This document shows, one piece after another, positions 53,985 to 58,852 of a DNA stretch of 58,852 nucleotides. The notes under the pieces are model-generated. The model searched no databases. It had not been told where the DNA came from and saw only the letters and a program-made list of their open reading frames with translations. Origin of the DNA: a virus. Its lineage: Duplodnaviria > Caudoviricetes. The stretch spans positions 1 through 58,852 of the IMG/VR virus record IMGVR_UViG_3300020463_000023, one strand, 5' to 3'. Made by a program: the position numbers and the translations under genes. Positions within the stretch are counted from its first letter, which is position 1. Each line of letters starts with the position of its first letter.

Positions 53985-56042
53985 ATGTTTATCGCGATAC
54001 TCACATTACTATCGGCACTGTCCATTTCAGGGGTGGCAATCTTCTATTCCGTTATTGGACTTGCGACCATCTTCCCAGGTGCATTCGTACCTGTTGTGAT
54101 CATGGGTGGAGTATTGGAAGTGGGCAAACTGATAACGGCCTCATGGCTGTACAGGAACTGGAAGTTCACTCCGTTCATGCTGAAAACCTATCTTACGACT
54201 GCTGTTATCATATTGAGTTTGATCACGAGTATGGGTATCTTTGGATTCCTATCAAAGGCACATCTGGAACAGAACCTAGCATCAGACACACTGATACAAC
54301 GTATACAGATACTTGAGGACAAGATAGAAAGTGAGAAGATGTCTATCGAAAGACAGACTCTCATAATCAACAGGGCAGAGAAAGCCATCAGCAGAGACAC
54401 AGGCACAGCATCAGGTGATATCGAAGTTCAACAATCAATCATTGCAGATGCTAATGAAAAATTGAAAACACTACTTGCGGTCGAGACCAACACGATACGA
54501 GATCTCAACGACAGGCTGAATACAACGGTCAAAGATCTCAACGACAGGCTTAAAACATTAGACAAAAACGTCAGTGATGTGTTGACATCAAACAAATCAT
54601 TCTTCAATGAAGAGAAAGCGGCCGCGGACCTTAAAGCGTCACAGAAAGTGGAGCGTGAACAGATAGCGAACAAAATAGAAGAAGCACAGGAAACGATCGC
54701 GATCAAGATAACAGAGGCAGAGAAAAGGATAGCAGAACTAAAAACAGACCACAAGACAGAGATAGCCAAAGCACAGGAGATCATAGCAAACATGAGGACA
54801 GGATCCCAGGACAACAAGGGACAGTTCACCAAAGAGATTGAGACAGCAGAGAAGAAGATATTTGACTCACAGGGCAACATAGACCTATACATTGTGGAGA
54901 AGCAACCGCTCGAGAAGGACATGCTGACGCTGGAAGCAGAAATAGGACCTGTGAAGTACATAGCGGCATTGGCCGTGGATTGGGGTATAACGGACCAGGT
55001 AGAAACTAGCAAGGCTGTAAGGTGGGTTATATTGCTGTTGATCGTGGTGTTTGATCCACTTGCTGTGTTACTATTGATTGCGGCCAACCAGAGTTTGATG
55101 AGGAGATTCCCACCCGAACCACCCAAGCCACAGGAGATAGTGGATCTGGAGAAGCCAGACGAGGAGGGCATTGATCTCAAATGGAATGCAATGATGGATA
55201 AGTCTGATGCGGCGGCCAAGATGGAACAGGCCACTCAACAACTACAGGAATGGAAGGACAAACTAGAGTCGTTCAACAGCAAGGTAGAGAAACCTGAAGC
55301 GAAACCTGTTGAGATCATACAAGAAGACGACGATGTGATCCCACACATAGATCTCGTAGGCCAAAAAAAAACTGAAGACAAAGAAATAGTAGCAGATAAC
55401 ATAGATGGATTTGATCCAGATGAAGTTGCATATGATTGGGCCACAGAACCAAAAGTTGGCAAAGACAAGCAGTTAGAAGAATTCCAGAAACGTGAGCAAG
55501 AAGAACTTGCCGCACTCCAAGAGTATGCACGTAAGGCCATGGAAGAAAATGCAACAACAGTAACGGTTGAAGAGGCATTGAAAATGTCTGAAGCAGAAAG
55601 TGTTGAGACACCTATACAAGAAGAACGTATCAAACCTGACCTAACGGAAGTTATTGAACCAGAAGCCGAAATAGAAAAACCAAAGGATGTCGTCAAAAAT
55701 TCAAAACCCAGAGTGATGAGGACAATACGACCAACCGAGGTCAGGCCCCCAAAGCCGATTCTGAGTAATTGGCAAAGAGCTGAATTACTCGACAACTTCC
55801 ACAGAGAACATGGCAACTTCGAAGACGTCCAAGGATACGTGCAGAACGAAGAGCAGGGCGATACCACTACCTGGAAAAAAATAAAGAATAAAACCACGAC
55901 AGAAGAAGACTACCACTCAAGAATGGAACAGAGGATTGAGGATTTACTGGCAAAAGTTGAAAACAAAGAAATACAACTTTCAGACTTGTCCGATGCAGAT
56001 CAAAAAGTTATACTAGAGATTATAAATCAAAAGAATGGATAA
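53985..56042 (+). CDS. membrane protein with long coiled coil and acidic tail
   Basis: three N-terminal TMs (LEVGKL), coiled coil, EAEIGP.KYIA..VFDPLA TM. Confidence 0.8.
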   Translation: MFIAILTLLSALSISGVAIFYSVIGLATIFPGAFVPVVIMGGVLEVGKLITASWLYRNWKFTPFMLKTYLTTAVIILSLITSMGIFGFLSKAHLEQNLASDTLIQRIQILEDKIESEKMSIERQTLIINRAEKAISRDTGTASGDIEVQQSIIADANEKLKTLLAVETNTIRDLNDRLNTTVKDLNDRLKTLDKNVSDVLTSNKSFFNEEKAAADLKASQKVEREQIANKIEEAQETIAIKITEAEKRIAELKTDHKTEIAKAQEIIANMRTGSQDNKGQFTKEIETAEKKIFDSQGNIDLYIVEKQPLEKDMLTLEAEIGPVKYIAALAVDWGITDQVETSKAVRWVILLLIVVFDPLAVLLLIAANQSLMRRFPPEPPKPQEIVDLEKPDEEGIDLKWNAMMDKSDAAAKMEQATQQLQEWKDKLESFNSKVEKPEAKPVEIIQEDDDVIPHIDLVGQKKTEDKEIVADNIDGFDPDEVAYDWATEPKVGKDKQLEEFQKREQEELAALQEYARKAMEENATTVTVEEALKMSEAESVETPIQEERIKPDLTEVIEPEAEIEKPKDVVKNSKPRVMRTIRPTEVRPPKPILSNWQRAELLDNFHREHGNFEDVQGYVQNEEQGDTTTWKKIKNKTTTEEDYHSRMEQRIEDLLAKVENKEIQLSDLSDADQKVILEIINQKNG

Positions 56043-56346
56043 TATAAAAAACAAGATAGGAAATGTAACTTTGGTTACCCCTCCGTCGATGGTAGACCCA
56101 AATGGAGTCAGTTTCACCATTGTCGACCTAGATGAGGAGCAGAAGAAAATTTTTTCCAGTAAATTGGACGAACACTTTCTTAGTAGTGAAATCACAGTTT
56201 TTGTGTGGGATGGTAACAGTAGTAACGAGAAGTGGCTCGAAGAAGCAAATTTAAAAAGTGATTACGTGATTCAAGGAACACAAGATATTATTAAACAAGT
56301 GGAAACAATAAAGGTAGAGCATGACAGAAGAAAGTTTGATCTGTAA
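56035..56346 (+). CDS. hypothetical protein
   Basis: overlaps both neighbours; TLVTPP. Confidence 0.65.
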   Translation: MDNIKNKIGNVTLVTPPSMVDPNGVSFTIVDLDEEQKKIFSSKLDEHFLSSEITVFVWDGNSSNEKWLEEANLKSDYVIQGTQDIIKQVETIKVEHDRRKFDL

Positions 56347-57571
56347 TTTTTGCAGTAAATCAAGAAAAGACGTCACAAAGATGATAGTCGGTGCCAAGAA
56401 GACATCCATCTGCAATGAGTGTGTCACTCTTTGTGTAGAAATACTGGAAGAAGACGTGATAAAAGCACGTAAAGAGAAACTGTACGCAGGAGACAAGAAC
56501 ATTCTCAATCCTGTGGCAATCAAAGAACACCTTGATCAATATGTAATAGGACAGGACGCCGCAAAGACAGTGTTGAGTGTCGCTGTGGCAAATCATTACA
56601 AAAGAATAGTACAACCACCCATTGATTTTGACCTAGACAAATCTAATGTTATGGTGTTGGGAGCCACAGGAGCAGGGAAGACGCTGATGGCAAGGACAAT
56701 AGCAAAATATCTTGATGTACCATTTGCAATCGCGGATGCGACAACTCTCACAGAGTCAGGTTACGTAGGAGAAGACGTTGAGAATGTTGTGCAAAAACTC
56801 TACGCCAATGCAGATGGCGATATTGAAAAGGCACAGAAAGGCATCATCTTTATAGACGAAATCGACAAGATATGCAGGAAAGGTGAAAACACATCGCTGA
56901 CCAGGGACGTATCTGGCGAGGGTGTGCAACAAGGATTGTTAAAAATTGTTGAAGGAACTGAATGTAGAGTGCCGCCCCATGGTGGACGTAAACATCCTGA
57001 CCAACAGACCGTGACCATAGACACGTCAAACATACTCTTCATCGTGGGTGGTGCGTTTACTGAACTGGAGAAACAGATAAGAAGGAAGAAGGCATCAGGG
57101 GGTATAGGATTTGGAACTAAACTGCAGGAACAAGACGACAGGAATTACCTGTCTGAAGCACAGCCTGAAGACCTGATCAAGTACGGACTGATACCAGAGT
57201 TTGTTGGTAGGTTCTCCATGATCACCAACATAGATCCGTTGAGTGAAGCACAACTGATAAGAATACTGACAGAACCAAAAAATGCTATCCTCAAACAGAC
57301 TCACTATCTCTTTGGACTGGACAACATAGACATTGAGTTTACCAAAGAGGCCAAGCAGTGCATCGCACGTAAGGCCAAAGAGTTAGGGACCAACGCAAGG
57401 GGGCTGAAAAACGTAGTAGACACAGTGGTTCTGCCTTATCAGTTCGACGCAGAGGAGATGAGAAACAGAGGAGTGTCCAAGATTCAGATAACTAATCAGG
57501 TGGTTGACAACGGAGCAGACCCTGTGTTAGTATTTAGAAAAACGAATGGAATATCAAAAAAACAAAGTTAG
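56321..57571 (+). CDS. clpX: ATP-dependent Clp protease ATPase ClpX
   Basis: CxxC..CxxC zinc domain, GATGAGKT, GYVG, IDEIDK, RDVSGEGVQ, RKH, IGF, PEFVGR, ARGL. Confidence 0.96.
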   Translation: MTEESLICNFCSKSRKDVTKMIVGAKKTSICNECVTLCVEILEEDVIKARKEKLYAGDKNILNPVAIKEHLDQYVIGQDAAKTVLSVAVANHYKRIVQPPIDFDLDKSNVMVLGATGAGKTLMARTIAKYLDVPFAIADATTLTESGYVGEDVENVVQKLYANADGDIEKAQKGIIFIDEIDKICRKGENTSLTRDVSGEGVQQGLLKIVEGTECRVPPHGGRKHPDQQTVTIDTSNILFIVGGAFTELEKQIRRKKASGGIGFGTKLQEQDDRNYLSEAQPEDLIKYGLIPEFVGRFSMITNIDPLSEAQLIRILTEPKNAILKQTHYLFGLDNIDIEFTKEAKQCIARKAKELGTNARGLKNVVDTVVLPYQFDAEEMRNRGVSKIQITNQVVDNGADPVLVFRKTNGISKKQS

Positions 57572-57839
57572 ACCCAAGTTCAAGAAAACAGAAAGACCTC
57601 TGGGTTTCCAAGGTTACTACGTGGAAGTACGTGAAGGTGAGGATGCCGTTAGGGCATATAGAAAAATCAAGAGATGGATCAAGGAAGACAAGTTCATAGA
57701 TCAGATCAGAGCCAACAACACCTATCAGAAACCATCAGAAATCAAGAGAGAAAAAGCCAAAGAAAAGAGAAAAGTCCTACGTAAACTGCGTAGGGAACGT
57801 GACAGTAATCTGTCACTGCGTCCACAGAGAGGCAGATAA
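57546..57839 (+). CDS. rpsU: ribosomal protein bS21
   Basis: VEVRE..A.R.IKR..E....R..YQKPSE.KR.K. Confidence 0.8.
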   Translation: MEYQKNKVRPKFKKTERPLGFQGYYVEVREGEDAVRAYRKIKRWIKEDKFIDQIRANNTYQKPSEIKREKAKEKRKVLRKLRRERDSNLSLRPQRGR

Positions 57840-57860
57840 TTTACCAAACAAGGTCGCAAT

Positions 57861-57893
57861 TTGACATATAGCACATATATGTTATAATAAATA
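57861..57893 (+). promoter_or_regulatory. overlapping sigma70 and late promoters for hsp20
   Basis: TTGACA-N16-TATAAT overlapping TAAATA. Confidence 0.65.
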
Positions 57894-57897
57894 CAAT

Positions 57898-57959
57898 TGA
57901 AGATTGCTATAGATAGGATCTTCATACATTAACCTTGCTAACATAGGAGGACAGCAATG
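57898..57959 (+). promoter_or_regulatory. ROSE-like RNA thermometer
   Basis: 5' hairpin TGAAGAT/ATCTTCA; CCTTGCT (57933) pairs with AGGAGG (57945) with a bulged G. Confidence 0.7.
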
Positions 57960-58406
57960 ACAAAACATCTATCTATTTTTAATAATCTAAGACCATACAC
58001 CGTGGGGTTCGATGACTGGTTCGACCACTTTGAACACATGATGGACGACAGTTTCTTTAGAGGAAACAGTAATTTTCCACCATACAACATAGTGAAGACT
58101 GGTGATAATACCTACGATGTTGAACTTGCTCTAGCAGGATTTGGCAAGGATGACATCATAGTTGAGTACAAGGAAAATCAACTGACTGTGAAATCTAAAC
58201 CAAACAAAGAGCCAGCAGACGAAGTCGAGAAATACGACGACGGAGTACAACACAGAGGCATATCAAAAAGAATGTTCACAAGAACTTTTACCATTGCCAA
58301 TGATGTTGAGGTCAAAGGTGCAGAACTTAAAGATGGTTTGCTTAAAGTGAGCATGGAGAGAATCATTCCAGAGCACAAGAAAGCAAAAACTATCGAAATC
58401 AAGTAA
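57957..58406 (+). CDS. small heat shock protein Hsp20 (IbpA-like)
   Basis: GFD..F, FPPYNI, E.ALAGF, HRGIS.R.F.R.F, A.LKDGLL, IEI. Confidence 0.95.
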   Translation: MTKHLSIFNNLRPYTVGFDDWFDHFEHMMDDSFFRGNSNFPPYNIVKTGDNTYDVELALAGFGKDDIIVEYKENQLTVKSKPNKEPADEVEKYDDGVQHRGISKRMFTRTFTIANDVEVKGAELKDGLLKVSMERIIPEHKKAKTIEIK

Positions 58407-58420
58407 AGCAAAACAAATAG

Positions 58421-58445
58421 ATAGGGTGGTAAAACACCCTATCCA
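58421..58445 (+). terminator. hairpin, probable terminator
   Basis: ATAGGGTG-GTAAAA-CACCCTAT; weak U tract. Confidence 0.55.
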
Positions 58446-58492
58446 AATTGACAATTACAACAGATGTGCTATAATAATGCATTATACAAGTT

Positions 58493-58789
58493 ATGACAGA
58501 TATACAAACACTTACTAAAGAAAAAATTAAATTGGACGAGCCTGGACTTTATGATGTGGTATTCCTTAACGACAACATCACCTCAATGGAATTTGTTGTT
58601 CGAGTACTAAAACAAATTTACAACAAGACCCAGGACGAAGCAAACTCGATTACCAAGAGGATCCACGAGCACGGACAGGGTGTCGTTGGATCATATGTTC
58701 ACGAAGTTGCCGAACAAAAAGGAATCGAAACTACACTGGCCGCACGCCAAGAAAATTTTCCTCTTCAAGTTAAAGTAAAGAAGCAGTAG
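58493..58789 (+). CDS. clpS: Clp protease adaptor ClpS
   Basis: Y.V.FLND..T.MEFVV.VL..A..I..IH..G.GV.G.Y..EVAE.K..FPL. Confidence 0.92.
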   Translation: MTDIQTLTKEKIKLDEPGLYDVVFLNDNITSMEFVVRVLKQIYNKTQDEANSITKRIHEHGQGVVGSYVHEVAEQKGIETTLAARQENFPLQVKVKKQ

Positions 58790-58810
58790 CCAGTCGCTTA
58801 AATATTACTG

Positions 58811-58852
58811 ATGGAATCTTACAAAATAATAGATCATGAGTATGATGCGTTG
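58811..58852 (+). CDS. start of next gene (partial)
   Basis: TAAATA-N6-ATG, open to window end. Confidence 0.45.
   Translation, partial: MESYKIIDHEYDAL

Noticed and set aside
54428-55897. Long antisense ORFs (268 and 220 aa) and similar shadows elsewhere, e.g. 24606-25076 and 28968-29444
   Set aside because: Ser/Leu/Phe-rich mirror images of biased sense-strand codons, with no start signals or motifs.
1-58852. Stop-codon reassignment, or a cellular origin for the window
   Set aside because: Recognisable genes are full length in code 11 and TAA, TAG and TGA all end genes. Host-like genes lack their usual operon partners and are interleaved with PAAR, fibre and late-promoter genes.

Overview
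This window reads as a segment of a large lytic dsDNA tailed phage genome with T4-like transcription signals, most likely infecting an alphaproteobacterium. The host inference rests on a permuted two-piece tmRNA, an alphaproteobacterial-type cytochrome b and a DUF1178 gene; a marine SAR11-like host is plausible but unproven. Coding is dense and uses the standard code. No CRISPR array, rRNA, tRNA or integrase was seen. Contents: (i) small early genes behind sigma70-type promoters; (ii) a 2.8-12 kb enzyme cluster with three amidinotransferases, two short DegT-type aminotransferases, a UDP-sugar dehydrogenase, 2OG-Fe(II) oxygenases and glycosyltransferase-like proteins; (iii) probable virion genes (two paralog triads, a beta-helix fibre, PAAR) behind TAAATA late promoters, many apparently giving leaderless mRNAs; (iv) nrdA-nrdB followed directly by an intact petB; (v) a permuted tmRNA (tag ANKKALGFADLTVSMPELRLAA) and, at the right end, clpX-rpsU-hsp20-clpS with a ROSE-like thermometer; (vi) an AT-rich island with a TctA/TctC-type transporter, four 2OG-Fe(II) oxygenases, a DegT aminotransferase and a PP-loop enzyme. 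Hidden signals include an array of NrdR-box-like palindromes inside a coding sequence, an uncalled metallothionein-like ORF and several candidate structured RNAs. All assignments come from reading motifs by eye; no searches or folding programs were run.
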